Assembly: GCA_002320605.1 (NCBI GenBank)
Contig: DCKG01000017.1
Span: 50,271 to 114,270, forward strand
DNA from: Bacteroidales bacterium UBA1680
GTDB taxonomy: Bacteria > Bacteroidota > Bacteroidia > Bacteroidales > UBA932
Reading direction: 5' to 3'
Length of the DNA: 64,000 bases
The translations under genes and the position numbers were made by a program. The notes under the pieces are model-generated. The model saw nothing but the letters and a program-made list of their open reading frames with translations. It was not told where the DNA came from and did no database searches. Of the stretch, positions 7,843-18,338 are shown piece after piece. The number at the start of each line of letters is the position of its first letter. Position 1 is the first letter of the stretch.

Positions 7843-10434
7843 TCAGCTGTGCTTTAATTTAATCTTAATGGTTCTTGACTCACCCTCATCGTAAGGAGCG
7901 GAGGCGTTGAGTAAGTAAACCTTTACTCCACGATTCTCTTGTCGAAGCAGAGGCAGGCTTGTTTTCTCCTTCTCGTCAAGCCAGATTTCAGCGGAAATGC
8001 TGGAAGGCAACGTTAACGTAATCGTCCTATTGCCCTTCTTCCCTTCGCTTGAGAAATGAATATCACCTCTCTGCGAATGGACGGAAAAGCCCACACTCTC
8101 CAGGTCGCAAACCTGCGGCTCTATTTTGACAAGACTTCCATCAGCCCTTAACGGAATGATTCCCGCTATTCCCTGACTCATTGCAATAGCCGGAAGGACG
8201 GCACTATGGCTCCATTGGGAAGTGTTGTCAGGTTGGCTGTCGAAGAATTCTTCCAGAGTGTTATTCTCCCAGATGGAGTGCATTTTCCCCCACCGTGACC
8301 TAAGGTCAGAGATTACCTTGTCCATTCTCCTGAACTTCACGAGCGCCCACATCGGCCATACAAGATTGCAAGGGTATGATTTTCCAAGGCTCGGCGGCTC
8401 GTTTATCAAAACGTCAAGACAATTCTGGTAATATCCATCTGGACATAGGTTGAAGATCAATGCGGTGGAAAGCGATCTGTCACAGTATCTGTCCTCGCCA
8501 TCATTGTCCCTCCATGGAAGGTTGCGGACAAATATCTTTTTTTCTTTGTCCCAGAACTTGTCGATGCATCCTGCGAGAATCATGTCGCCATATTCATTGA
8601 TGTCGGACTTAAGGTCATTTCTCTGAAAGACCTCGCAAAGAGGAGAGAGGGCGTAACGGCACATTGCGGCTACATATAGGTTAAGCGCAAGCTGTTTGTC
8701 TCTGTCGTTGTCGTAGGCCTTTTGATCCATGTAAACAGAACAAACTCCAAGGTTCTCTGACGGGATAAGATGCTCCTTGTCATCCGTGAGTGTCTTCAGG
8801 TAATGGTAGAATTTCTCAAGACGGGGAAATACCTCGGAGAGAGCATCTTTGTTGCCTGTATACATGTAATAGTTAAAGACATCGAAGCAGAAGCCAATGC
8901 TGTGATCTAGGATCGGACCCCAGGCTGTAAGCTGCATCTGCCGCTCGAAAATGCGGACGAGCCTGTCCCAGCCTGGCCAGCTGTCCATGAAGTAACCATC
9001 GATGGAAATCCCTTGGCTGAAAGTGTTTATGTATCTGGTGACAAGGTCTTCTGCTCCCAGCATTTGGTACACGGCATGGATTTGATGGCCTCCATCGCCG
9101 CTGTACTGCTGTCTTTCTCTTGCCATGCCGTCCACTAGGGTCTCCTGAGCGCAGTTGTTCAGAGTGTTTATGGAAGCGTTTACGACCATGCTAAGAGTGT
9201 CGTCCCTGATGGCTATGCCAGGTGTGTCAGGCCATGGGAATATTCTTCTGCGCATTGAAATACTGGAAAGCGTGACAGGTCTGTTGAAGTTCCTTATGAT
9301 GAACTGTACCCACTTGTAGCTTTCGAAATCGAATGTCTCGAATTCATTCAAACCCTCTTTGCATATGAATCTCGTCCAAGAGTGAAAATGGGAATTGATG
9401 ATAGCCGGTCCGCCTGGTTCGTGAGCCTCATGAACCAGCATTTCGACTATTGTCCCCTCTGGAGCCTCGATCCTGAATTTTGGGAATCCAACACCCTGCT
9501 CACTGAAAGCGAATATGTATGATGCGCTTTTGTCCCCACAAGGGCTAATCAAGTATGAACTCTTTTGCATGGGCTCGGAATACACCTTCCTGTCGCTGAC
9601 TTCGTAGGCGGAAGAATCCATCGCAAAGTCAAAAAAAGTTTCTACAGGAACCTTCCAGTCGATAACCATGGTTTCGGTAAGCGAGGGGTTTGAAACTATG
9701 TTTTCATCCATTAGGGGTATGGTCCTTTCTCGGAGTTCGACATCACTGCTGTTGTTGCGACTTTCCCAGATATAGTCTCTGTATCTATTGCATATGGAGG
9801 GCTTATTGCCTTGGCCATATTCTCTGGCATTGATCCACTCTCGACCTAACTGGTATCCTGCGGTAGTCCATCCGTATGGATATCTCCTGGCATCAAAGCA
9901 CTCTTGAAGAGAGCGAAGGAACCAGCGCTTGTATTTGCCGGGTTCCCATGACTGAGGAAGCGTGCACTTCCAGGAAGTGTCGCTGACTATCTTCATTCTG
10001 CCAATGTTAAGTGATAAAAGCAAGCCTGGCTTTCCGATAGGTGTAGTGCCATCTCCGCTTCCGAAGAAACAGACTTCCACTCCGATGGTGTTGCCCCCCA
10101 CCTTCAGACATCTCGTTATGTCAACGGGGTCAGCTTCTTGCCATCTTGGGTCAGACGGGGCCGGACCCCACTGAACTCTTTCTCCGTTGACGAATAGCCT
10201 GTACCTGCTGTCTGCGACGATCCAGCCTTTCGCTTCGCTCGGAATGGAGTCCAAAACAAAATCCTTTCGCAAAAGGACAAAAGTGTTTTGTGGAGTCCTT
10301 GACGATGGATGCCAAATCCATTTCGCAGGGCGGAGGTCAAGTCCTCTGCCGTAAGGCTCGCTTGCCGCAGGAACTAATGTACTGGCACCTGCGTAAATGA
10401 CGAGCAAAGAAAGAAGGCTGAGGATTCTGTGCAT
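7843..10434 (-). CDS. GH78 alpha-L-rhamnosidase-like protein
   Basis: N-terminal LRKDF..ADSRYRLFVNG..VQWGP; catalytic region VDGMARERQQYSGD and TLEEFF; signal peptide. Confidence 0.82.
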   Translation of the reverse strand: MHRILSLLSLLVIYAGASTLVPAASEPYGRGLDLRPAKWIWHPSSRTPQNTFVLLRKDFVLDSIPSEAKGWIVADSRYRLFVNGERVQWGPAPSDPRWQEADPVDITRCLKVGGNTIGVEVCFFGSGDGTTPIGKPGLLLSLNIGRMKIVSDTSWKCTLPQSWEPGKYKRWFLRSLQECFDARRYPYGWTTAGYQLGREWINAREYGQGNKPSICNRYRDYIWESRNNSSDVELRERTIPLMDENIVSNPSLTETMVIDWKVPVETFFDFAMDSSAYEVSDRKVYSEPMQKSSYLISPCGDKSASYIFAFSEQGVGFPKFRIEAPEGTIVEMLVHEAHEPGGPAIINSHFHSWTRFICKEGLNEFETFDFESYKWVQFIIRNFNRPVTLSSISMRRRIFPWPDTPGIAIRDDTLSMVVNASINTLNNCAQETLVDGMARERQQYSGDGGHQIHAVYQMLGAEDLVTRYINTFSQGISIDGYFMDSWPGWDRLVRIFERQMQLTAWGPILDHSIGFCFDVFNYYMYTGNKDALSEVFPRLEKFYHYLKTLTDDKEHLIPSENLGVCSVYMDQKAYDNDRDKQLALNLYVAAMCRYALSPLCEVFQRNDLKSDINEYGDMILAGCIDKFWDKEKKIFVRNLPWRDNDGEDRYCDRSLSTALIFNLCPDGYYQNCLDVLINEPPSLGKSYPCNLVWPMWALVKFRRMDKVISDLRSRWGKMHSIWENNTLEEFFDSQPDNTSQWSHSAVLPAIAMSQGIAGIIPLRADGSLVKIEPQVCDLESVGFSVHSQRGDIHFSSEGKKGNRTITLTLPSSISAEIWLDEKEKTSLPLLRQENRGVKVYLLNASAPYDEGESRTIKIKLKHS

Positions 10435-10486
10435 AACAGGATGAATTTAATAAATTACTCGGAAATAAATGATAGGAACAAAACCT

Positions 10487-10525
10487 CAGGAGAGGATCCT
10501 CGCCGGGAGGAGGGTCTCTCTCCTG
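10487..10525 (-). terminator. Stem-loop between susD and GH78 (terminator or mRNA stabiliser)
   Basis: Outer arms CAGGAGAG (10487-10494) and CTCTCCTG (10518-10525), with further inner pairing; a T-rich stretch follows on the minus strand. Confidence 0.55.
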
Positions 10526-10536
10526 AAGAATATATT

Positions 10537-12015
10537 CTAGTATCCAGGATTCTGCCACATGACGGCTTTGTCATTGTAGTTCGCAATTTCCTGTGCTGGG
10601 ATTGCATACAGAAGCCTGTCTGCGCTGCCCATCTTGTATAAACCGCTCTCGTTCTCGGCCCTAGCCAAGAACTTGTCCATGACGGTTTGTGCATCTCCCC
10701 ATCTTACGAGGTCGAGCCATCTAAGTCCCTCGAATGCGAACTCGACCCTTCTTTCTTGCTTTATTGCATTACGGAATGCTATCTGTGAAGGTGTCGTCGT
10801 GCTTGTAAGGGCAGTAAGGCCTGCGCGTGCGCGGACCTTGTTAATGAGGTCGAATGCTTCGCCAGAGGCTGAATATCCTGCTTCATTGAGGCATTCGGCG
10901 TACATAAGCAGAACATCGGTGTACCTTATGACAGGAAGATTGACTGCGAAGTCATTGTTGTTCACTGGCACGGCAGTGTAGTGAAGCCACTTGCGTATGT
11001 ACCATCCGCTCCTGACGCTACTCCCCACGGTGATGCCGGTTACGACAGACTGCTCTTTTCTGAGGTCCCCATTTTCATATGCTTCAATCATATCTTCAGA
11101 CACTTCCAGGAATGCAGATGCGCCAGAGAATGGAGTGAGATTGCCTTTATACCCTTCAGGCAAGAATGAATTGCAGAGGATGTTGCCTTCGCCAAGGCCT
11201 CCGTTCGTGAACTGGATTTCCCACAGACGTTCCGGTGAGTTGTTGAATGCATCGTTGAAACAGTCTTCGTACTTTGTGGCCATTTTGTACTTTCCTGAGG
11301 AGATGATGTTCTTTAGAAGAGGAACGGCCGAGGAAAACTTAGACTGGAACATGTACAGACGCGCGAGTCCGCCTTCCGCAGCATACTTCGTAATTCTGCC
11401 GAGATTTTGCCCTTCCCATGATTCTGGGAGCAAGGTAATGGCAGTCGTGTAATCCTTCTCTGCAAAATCGAATGTCTCTTGCTGTGAGGAACGCTTTATA
11501 TTCCTTGTTCCATCTGTGGAGTATGGCTTGTCAAGGAGAGGAACGCCTCCGAATGAGGCCCCTAACGTGTAGTATGCCCATGCCCGAAGAGCGAGAGCCT
11601 CTCCCTTGATGCTCTTTTTTAGGGTTTCGTCTTTGAACTCAACCCCATCTATTTTGTCAAGAATCTCGTTTGCGCGATAAACTACGGTGAAGAGTTTCTG
11701 CCAGAAATCTAGGATGTACGTGCCAGTGGCATCGTCAAGGAATTTGTCATTTTGGTCCACGTACCCAGCCCCTACCTTAGTGTCATCGCTTCTGGTAATC
11801 GACATTCTGAAAGTGCCACCAAGGTTGTTGAACAAATCCTGTTGTTGCGCATATACGCCGGCAATAGCAACTTCGAAATCGGAAGTGGTCTTGTAGAACG
11901 TTCCAACCGAATACTTTGATTGCGGATTTTCGGTGAGGAAATCCTCGCATCCGGTAAAGGCAGGCGTGGCGCAAAGTGTGAGCGCAAGCGCTATTTTCAC
12001 AATATGATTTTTCAT
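10537..12015 (-). CDS. RagB/SusD family lipoprotein
   Basis: Lipobox FTGC; motifs GEALALRAWAY, IRYTDVLLMYAE, ERRVEFAFEGLRWLDLVRWG and QNPGY; lies directly after SusC. Confidence 0.95.
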   Translation of the reverse strand: MKNHIVKIALALTLCATPAFTGCEDFLTENPQSKYSVGTFYKTTSDFEVAIAGVYAQQQDLFNNLGGTFRMSITRSDDTKVGAGYVDQNDKFLDDATGTYILDFWQKLFTVVYRANEILDKIDGVEFKDETLKKSIKGEALALRAWAYYTLGASFGGVPLLDKPYSTDGTRNIKRSSQQETFDFAEKDYTTAITLLPESWEGQNLGRITKYAAEGGLARLYMFQSKFSSAVPLLKNIISSGKYKMATKYEDCFNDAFNNSPERLWEIQFTNGGLGEGNILCNSFLPEGYKGNLTPFSGASAFLEVSEDMIEAYENGDLRKEQSVVTGITVGSSVRSGWYIRKWLHYTAVPVNNNDFAVNLPVIRYTDVLLMYAECLNEAGYSASGEAFDLINKVRARAGLTALTSTTTPSQIAFRNAIKQERRVEFAFEGLRWLDLVRWGDAQTVMDKFLARAENESGLYKMGSADRLLYAIPAQEIANYNDKAVMWQNPGY

Positions 12016-12027
12016 GTCTAGACTCAA

Positions 12028-15000
12028 TTAAAATGTTAGATTAACTCCGAAAACGACTTTGCGGCTCAGAGGATATGTGCTATAGTCAACGCCGAGCCTT
12101 GTCGTGCCGTTGCCATTAGTGTCGGACTCTGGAGTGTAGCCGATATAGTTAGTGAAAATGTAGACATTGTCCATGGAAGCGTAGACCCTCGCATTTTTGA
12201 TGTTTACCTTCTCGAGAATGCTCTTTGGCAGATTGTAGCTTAGAGTGATGTTCTTAATTCGCAGGTAGGTGGTGCTGTATATTCTCTTATCGTCGGTGAG
12301 GCCGCCGCCTGATTGCCCGAAGGCGTTAGGAGTCTTCCCATCCCAGTTCATGTTGATGCCATGCTTCTGGATGTAATCAGTAGGAATAGGATTCTCTCCC
12401 GTCCCGTACTTTTCCTCGAAATCGATTTTGTAGCTGGTAAGCCACTTACGGAAGGTGTTGCGAGTGCCGTTGCCCATGTCATTATGACGTCCTCCGATGT
12501 AGAGGATGTGACCCCCAATCTGCCCCTGAACCAGGCAGCTTAGGTCGAAATTCTTATAGCTGAATTTGTTTGTGATGCCATATGTGAGATCAGGGAAGTT
12601 GTTCCCACAGACGACCATGTCATCGGAAGTGATTTTTCCGTCATTGTTCTGATCCACATAACGGACGTTGCCTTCCTCTTGACCTGAAAGAATTGGAACG
12701 AGGGCTTTTCCGTTCGCATCGAAACAGTCTTTGGTGAGCAGCCCGTCGGTCTTATATGCGAGATATTGACTAAGAGGCTTCCCAACTTCTGTACGATAGA
12801 TCTGTCCCCAGCTCCTGACGTCCAGTACCTGCTGGCCGCCCATGTCCGTTACCTTGTTTTTATTGTGGGACAGGTTGAGGTTGGTCATCCATCTGAAGCC
12901 GTTCTTGTTCACGTTGATTGAGGTAAGATCCAGTTCGATGCCTTTGTTCTGCACGGATCCGATATTGGTCTGGTATGAGCTAAATCCCGTAGTGTAAGGG
13001 ATAGGCATCGAGAACAGAAGATTATCCGTATCGTTGATATAGTAGTCGATGTTCATCTGCAGCCTGTTGTCAAATACAGAGAAATCAACTCCAAAGTCGA
13101 GGGACTTGGTCGCCTCCCATTGGAGATTCTTGTTCGCCATGTTTGAAGGAGCAGCTCCGCTGACTATGTTGCCGTTCCATACGGTCGAGTACGTACCAAG
13201 GGCGGCAATTGAAGGATAATCGCTTCCCATGTTGTCGTTTCCTGCCTTGCCCCATGAGGCGCGGATCTTCAGAAGGGATATCCATCTTACGTTCTTGAGG
13301 AAGTTTTCCTTGTTCATCTTCCATCCGGCAGAAACTGATGGGAATGTTCCCCATCTGTTGTTCTGGCCGAATCTTGACGAACCGTCTCGGCGGATGCTGG
13401 CGGTAAGCAAGTATTTTTCGTCGAAGTTGAAACTGGCTCTGCCGAAGAATGATGCATTGGCGTAGGCGGTTTTTGAAGTGGATGCTTCAGTAGGGGTGGA
13501 GGCAAGGTTCAGGGTGGTGAGATTCTCGTAAGTCCATCCGGTAGCGGCAGCGCTTATATCGTAATATCTCTCCTTCTCGGCGCTCTGGCCGGCCAGCAGG
13601 CTGATTGAATGCTTGCCAAATGTCTTTTCATATGTAAGGGTATTTTGGATCATCCAGTTGTTGATGGTGTAGGAATCGCTGTTTCCTTCTGATTTGAATC
13701 CGTTCCTGTTGATATTGCCTGGAAGGAAGTATTCGTGGGTCATTCCATCGTAAGTGTCGCTGAACATCGTTTTTAACTTAAGCCCGTCAAGAATCTGGTA
13801 CTCGCCCCAAAGAGATGCATTGATGCGAGTGTACCTGTATCTGTCCGTCATTTCCTTGAGCCTGAGATAAGGGCTAGGAAACACCTCTCCGACTTCGGCG
13901 GAAGATGGCATCCCGTTGTCGCGAGTGGACTCCTCCTTACCGACAAGCGGAGACATGATGATTGCATGATGTAGGGCGGATTCCTTTCCGCCGCCACCTC
14001 CTTGGTCCTGTTTTGAACGCGATACACCTAGGTTGAGCCCTACTTTGAGCCTCTTGTTTATGTTGAGGGTGCCATTGGCCCTAGCATTAATCTTTGCGTA
14101 GTCTGTCCCGATGACTATGCCTTGCTGGTCAAGGTAACCTGCTGACAGGAATATAGAGCCGATATCATTCTTGGCCGAGGCCGTGACCTGATAATTCTGG
14201 ATAGGAGCAGTTCTTAAGACAGTTGACTGCCAGTCAGTGAAATCCGTCTTTGTGAGCCACCAGTCAGGTATTCTGTTGGCTGATGTCCTTGCGGACATCG
14301 GATCCTTCATGGATCCGCCTTGGCGAAGATGGTTGACGTTCCGGATGTACATTTGTTGTGCTACATACTCTTCTCCGTCGAAGATGTCCAATTTTCGTTC
14401 TGCATTTTGGAGTCCGTAATAGGAGTCGAAAGATACAGAAGGTTTTCCTTGTCCCTGTTTTGTCTCTATCAGGATGACCCCGCTTGCTCCGCGTGATCCA
14501 TATATGGCAGATGATGAGGCATCTTTGAGAACTTGGACGGAAGCAATGTCTGAAGGGTTGATGTCACTCATATTGTTGCGTGGAACTCCGTCAATGACAT
14601 AAAGAGGAGTGCTTGTGCCATTGATGGTGTTGATTCCGCGGATGTGGATAGTGAGGTTGCTGCCAGGAAGACCTCCACCACTGGCAGACGCACTCACTCC
14701 GGCAAGCTGACCTTGGAATGCCTCTCCCACAGTGGCAATAGGTCGGTCTGACATCGCGTCTTCGGAAATCTTGGAAACCGACCCCGTGAGATTCGCTTTC
14801 TTGACGCTGCCATATCCAACGACTATGACATCATCAAGAATCTGACTGTCCTGTCGGAGAACTATGCTGACGTTGCCAGCCGCATTGACGGTGACGCTCT
14901 CCGTAATGAATCCTAGGAATGACACTTCTAGGGTGCTTCCCTTGGAGACTGTCAGGAACCATTTCCCATCGGAATCGGAAATCGTTCCATTTGAAGAGCC

Positions 15001-15243
15001 TGTCTCGGAGATGCTGGCTCCAGCTACTGGAACGCTGTTCTCGTCAAGTATTTGTCCGGACACCCTGATTTTCTCGGACTGCTGTTGCTGAGAGACAGTC
15101 TGGACAGTAGAATTGACAATGCTTGCAGAAGCAGGGAGTGAGAAAGAGGATATCAGCGCGCAAAGAGCGAGTATCCTCCTTCGCGATAGAAAAGTTTTTA
15201 GGATAGGGAACTGTCCCATATCCGGCAAATTAGGAGGAAGCAT
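12028..15243 (-). CDS. SusC/RagA TonB-dependent transporter
   Basis: TonB box LDDVIVVGYG; plug motif PLYVIDG..NPSDIASVQVLKDASSSAIYGSRGASGVILI; C-terminal YPLSRKVVFGVNLTF. Confidence 0.96.
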   Translation of the reverse strand: MLPPNLPDMGQFPILKTFLSRRRILALCALISSFSLPASASIVNSTVQTVSQQQQSEKIRVSGQILDENSVPVAGASISETGSSNGTISDSDGKWFLTVSKGSTLEVSFLGFITESVTVNAAGNVSIVLRQDSQILDDVIVVGYGSVKKANLTGSVSKISEDAMSDRPIATVGEAFQGQLAGVSASASGGGLPGSNLTIHIRGINTINGTSTPLYVIDGVPRNNMSDINPSDIASVQVLKDASSSAIYGSRGASGVILIETKQGQGKPSVSFDSYYGLQNAERKLDIFDGEEYVAQQMYIRNVNHLRQGGSMKDPMSARTSANRIPDWWLTKTDFTDWQSTVLRTAPIQNYQVTASAKNDIGSIFLSAGYLDQQGIVIGTDYAKINARANGTLNINKRLKVGLNLGVSRSKQDQGGGGGKESALHHAIIMSPLVGKEESTRDNGMPSSAEVGEVFPSPYLRLKEMTDRYRYTRINASLWGEYQILDGLKLKTMFSDTYDGMTHEYFLPGNINRNGFKSEGNSDSYTINNWMIQNTLTYEKTFGKHSISLLAGQSAEKERYYDISAAATGWTYENLTTLNLASTPTEASTSKTAYANASFFGRASFNFDEKYLLTASIRRDGSSRFGQNNRWGTFPSVSAGWKMNKENFLKNVRWISLLKIRASWGKAGNDNMGSDYPSIAALGTYSTVWNGNIVSGAAPSNMANKNLQWEATKSLDFGVDFSVFDNRLQMNIDYYINDTDNLLFSMPIPYTTGFSSYQTNIGSVQNKGIELDLTSINVNKNGFRWMTNLNLSHNKNKVTDMGGQQVLDVRSWGQIYRTEVGKPLSQYLAYKTDGLLTKDCFDANGKALVPILSGQEEGNVRYVDQNNDGKITSDDMVVCGNNFPDLTYGITNKFSYKNFDLSCLVQGQIGGHILYIGGRHNDMGNGTRNTFRKWLTSYKIDFEEKYGTGENPIPTDYIQKHGINMNWDGKTPNAFGQSGGGLTDDKRIYSTTYLRIKNITLSYNLPKSILEKVNIKNARVYASMDNVYIFTNYIGYTPESDTNGNGTTRLGVDYSTYPLSRKVVFGVNLTF

Positions 15244-15275
15244 AAATGTTATGAATTAAAATGTAATGAAGCATA

Positions 15276-17981
15276 TTACGTATTATTTGTCATAGAAGAA
15301 ACGGCACCTTCCGTTGCCAGAGGCTTGCTGATCGAGGGAGTAATGTCATCCTTCCCGGAACCCCACTCCTTGTTTGGAGAGCTTCCCATTTTGAACACTA
15401 GCGTACCTCCCCTCATGATATCTTCGTGGCTTATCCACGATTTCGTATAAGGCTTGCCGTCAAGAGTAGCGCTCTGTATGTATACGTTCTCCGGAGAGTT
15501 GTTTTTTGCTATGACCTTGAATGTCCTGCCGTTGGTAAGGAATATCTCTGTTTTGTTAAAGCTAGGGCTTCCTATTTGGTATATTGGTAGCCCGGGACAT
15601 GTCGGATAGAATCCCATTGCGCTGAATATGTACCATGCTGAAAGCTGTCCGCAGTCATCGTTCCCCGGAAGGCCATCCATCCCATTGCTGAACTTGTCTC
15701 TTACAAGCCTCCTTACCGTCTTCTGAGTCTTCCAAGCTGCTCCCGCATAGTTGTAAAGGTATGGGGAATGCATAGAAAACTCGTCTCCTACGTAATAAAA
15801 ATCTCCTTCAAAGAAATGGTCAAGTGCCGCCTCCAACTCTTTGCTTCCGCCAAAAAAATTGATGAGACCTTGCACATCATGAGGTACGAAGAACGTAATA
15901 TTCCTGTAATAAGTCTCCCTGTCTCTTTCAGTCCCTTTAGACCATGTGCTTACGTCAGTGTCTTCGGGACTCCTCCAGGAGCCGTCGCTGTTCCTGCCGC
16001 GAATGAGTTTTGTCTCAGGATCAAGTACATTGATGTAGTTCATTGAACGTTTCATCAGGGTGGTATGCAGGTCTTCCCTGCCCATTCCCTTCGCAACTTG
16101 CGCGATACAGAAGTCGTCGTATGCGAATTCCATTGTCCTGATAACGGATTCTTTCTCCTTGTCAGTAGGGACATATCCGAGTCTTATGTAGTCTAGAATC
16201 CCTACACGGGCTTTGTATATTCCAGTCCCAGGGGTCGTAGCACCCTTGATCATTGCTTCAAGTGCCTTGTCAAGGTCGTATCCTCGTATGCCTTTGACAT
16301 AGGCATCTGCAATGACGGCATCGCCATGCGTTCCTGTCATTATATTGGAATACCCTGGACTAGGCCACTTCGGTATCCAGCCTCCTTCGTCGTAACAGTT
16401 CAGAAGGCCCGTTATTATCTCGTTGACCCTCTCGGGGTCAAGTATCGTGAGGAGAGGGTGAAGTGCCCTGAAGGTGTCCCATAGGGAGTAGTCGGTGTAC
16501 ATGATGCCGGGCATCACTCTGTCATTAAATGCGCTGTAGTGCATGCCATCTTCCGTGATGTTTCTGGGAAGGAGAGATACCCTTTGCATCGCAGTGTAGA
16601 AAATCTGCTTGTCGGATTCTTTGGCCTCGATGCATATTCTGGAGACGGTTCTGTTCCAGATATACTTGGCTTCGTCTCTGACCTCATCGAAAGTCTTCTT
16701 CCCGATCTCCCGTTCGAGGTTTTTCCTGGCTTGGTCGATGCTTATGAACGATGTCCCGATCTTGATGTCCACGACTTCGCCTTCTTCTGTCTTGAAAGAC
16801 ACGCTTGCGGCAGCGGCGGCAGATCCATTCTGCGCCATCTTCATTAGTTCCGGCTCGGAGCGACTTTCCGGTTCAACGCAATGGAGCCTTACTGTAGCGA
16901 GCCTCGTATTTTCTACATACTCGACCTTGACGCTAGCTGTGTCTCCCTCGTTCAAGCAGACTGAATACATATCTGTGAATGGACGGTGAGTCTTCTTCGT
17001 GTCTATTGCTTTAACTCCGCCTATAAACAATCTTGAGTAATCGTCTGTGATGAGGTAGAATACATGCTTTCCGGTTTTCCTTGCTTTAAGAACACTTGTG
17101 AATCTGGCGGAAAAATGATCTTCCGGAATTCCTTTTGCGGGAGAGCCTTCCCATTGAAAATCGAGATTCTTTGTCGTTATGATTGCAACTGGCTTCCCGT
17201 TAAAATCTGGATTATCAAAGAATTCCCCTGTAAATCCACCAGGGAATAAAGCGGAATCTTCACCGAATACCGGCTCTGGCAGAATGTCGCATGACTCGAA
17301 GGCTTTGCTGAATTTCGCCACGAAAAAACATGCGAAATCATTCCCCGCATAACCTTGATTCCCTACCCTTCCTGCCGTCGTGACATAGCCTTCTATCTCT
17401 TGGCTCTGTGGAATCACGTGGAAATAGTTCCCGTACTCGCTTCTGGCGTTATCGAATGTTATATGTGCGCTATCTGATTTCGGAAATGTGAACCGGATGC
17501 ATCCTGAAGTCGATGCTCCTGTCAGTTCGGCCTTTATTCTGTATCTGTCGAGAGCAACGCTATAGTAGTATGGTTTTGCTATCTCATTGTCGTGGGAGTA
17601 ATCTGCCTCCCTTTCATGAGCCCTTTCTCCAAGGGTGCCTGTGGAAGGCATTACGGTAAAGGAACAGTATTCCGACATTGCTGCTCCGTTTGGATAATGA
17701 CTGGCTCTGAACCCCTGAATATATGGTTGGGAAGAAAAGTAACATCTATCGGTTCTCGCAGTCTGGGGAGATAGCTGAATCATTGCATATGGGTGGCCTA
17801 CGCCAGGATATACGAACCCTGAAGGCTCTTCGGGTCCACTGAGGGTCGATCCTTTCTTCCATGCTTGGGTACCGATTCTCGTGTCAATATAGTCTGTGAG
17901 GCCGTTGTCTCCTGAACCTTTGCAGGACAGTGTTGCAACTACAGCGAAAATGAATACCATGTATTTGAGAATTATTTTCAT
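15276..17981 (-). CDS. GH92 alpha-mannosidase-like lipoprotein with an inserted PA14 domain
   Basis: Motifs SLWDTFRALHPL, MTGTH, RTMEFAYDDF and GNDDCGQLSAW. The internal segment GFTGEFFDN..LDFQW..FSARFT..TDDYSRLFIGG..KVEYVE is PA14-like. Lipobox TLSC; the ORF track starts at 18008. Confidence 0.88.
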   Translation of the reverse strand: MKIILKYMVFIFAVVATLSCKGSGDNGLTDYIDTRIGTQAWKKGSTLSGPEEPSGFVYPGVGHPYAMIQLSPQTARTDRCYFSSQPYIQGFRASHYPNGAAMSEYCSFTVMPSTGTLGERAHEREADYSHDNEIAKPYYYSVALDRYRIKAELTGASTSGCIRFTFPKSDSAHITFDNARSEYGNYFHVIPQSQEIEGYVTTAGRVGNQGYAGNDFACFFVAKFSKAFESCDILPEPVFGEDSALFPGGFTGEFFDNPDFNGKPVAIITTKNLDFQWEGSPAKGIPEDHFSARFTSVLKARKTGKHVFYLITDDYSRLFIGGVKAIDTKKTHRPFTDMYSVCLNEGDTASVKVEYVENTRLATVRLHCVEPESRSEPELMKMAQNGSAAAAASVSFKTEEGEVVDIKIGTSFISIDQARKNLEREIGKKTFDEVRDEAKYIWNRTVSRICIEAKESDKQIFYTAMQRVSLLPRNITEDGMHYSAFNDRVMPGIMYTDYSLWDTFRALHPLLTILDPERVNEIITGLLNCYDEGGWIPKWPSPGYSNIMTGTHGDAVIADAYVKGIRGYDLDKALEAMIKGATTPGTGIYKARVGILDYIRLGYVPTDKEKESVIRTMEFAYDDFCIAQVAKGMGREDLHTTLMKRSMNYINVLDPETKLIRGRNSDGSWRSPEDTDVSTWSKGTERDRETYYRNITFFVPHDVQGLINFFGGSKELEAALDHFFEGDFYYVGDEFSMHSPYLYNYAGAAWKTQKTVRRLVRDKFSNGMDGLPGNDDCGQLSAWYIFSAMGFYPTCPGLPIYQIGSPSFNKTEIFLTNGRTFKVIAKNNSPENVYIQSATLDGKPYTKSWISHEDIMRGGTLVFKMGSSPNKEWGSGKDDITPSISKPLATEGAVSSMTNNT

Positions 17982-18338
17982 TATAATGATGAGATGAATT
18001 TTCAACAATTCTGCCTACCACCAATTGGCGGAATTTAGGCGATAACATTCAAAAGAAGGCTGTGACCATTACTACTAGTACAGGGTATGCCACAGGGTTT
18101 TCGTTTAATTTAAGAATAGTGTCCATAGTAAATTGACATCCTCTGTAAAGTAATAATTGTGCCTGCCATATGCGGTTGCGAGTTTCCAAGTGTAAAGTTA
18201 TGCATTTACTAGAGGCATGCGACATCCTAGTATTATTGGTAAAAAGACATTTGTTACTCTATTCCGACATTCGGGGGAATTAGCCTCGAATGTATTCTTC
18301 TTTCATCCGTAGAATGGTCGGCATCTGTGGAATTGTTC

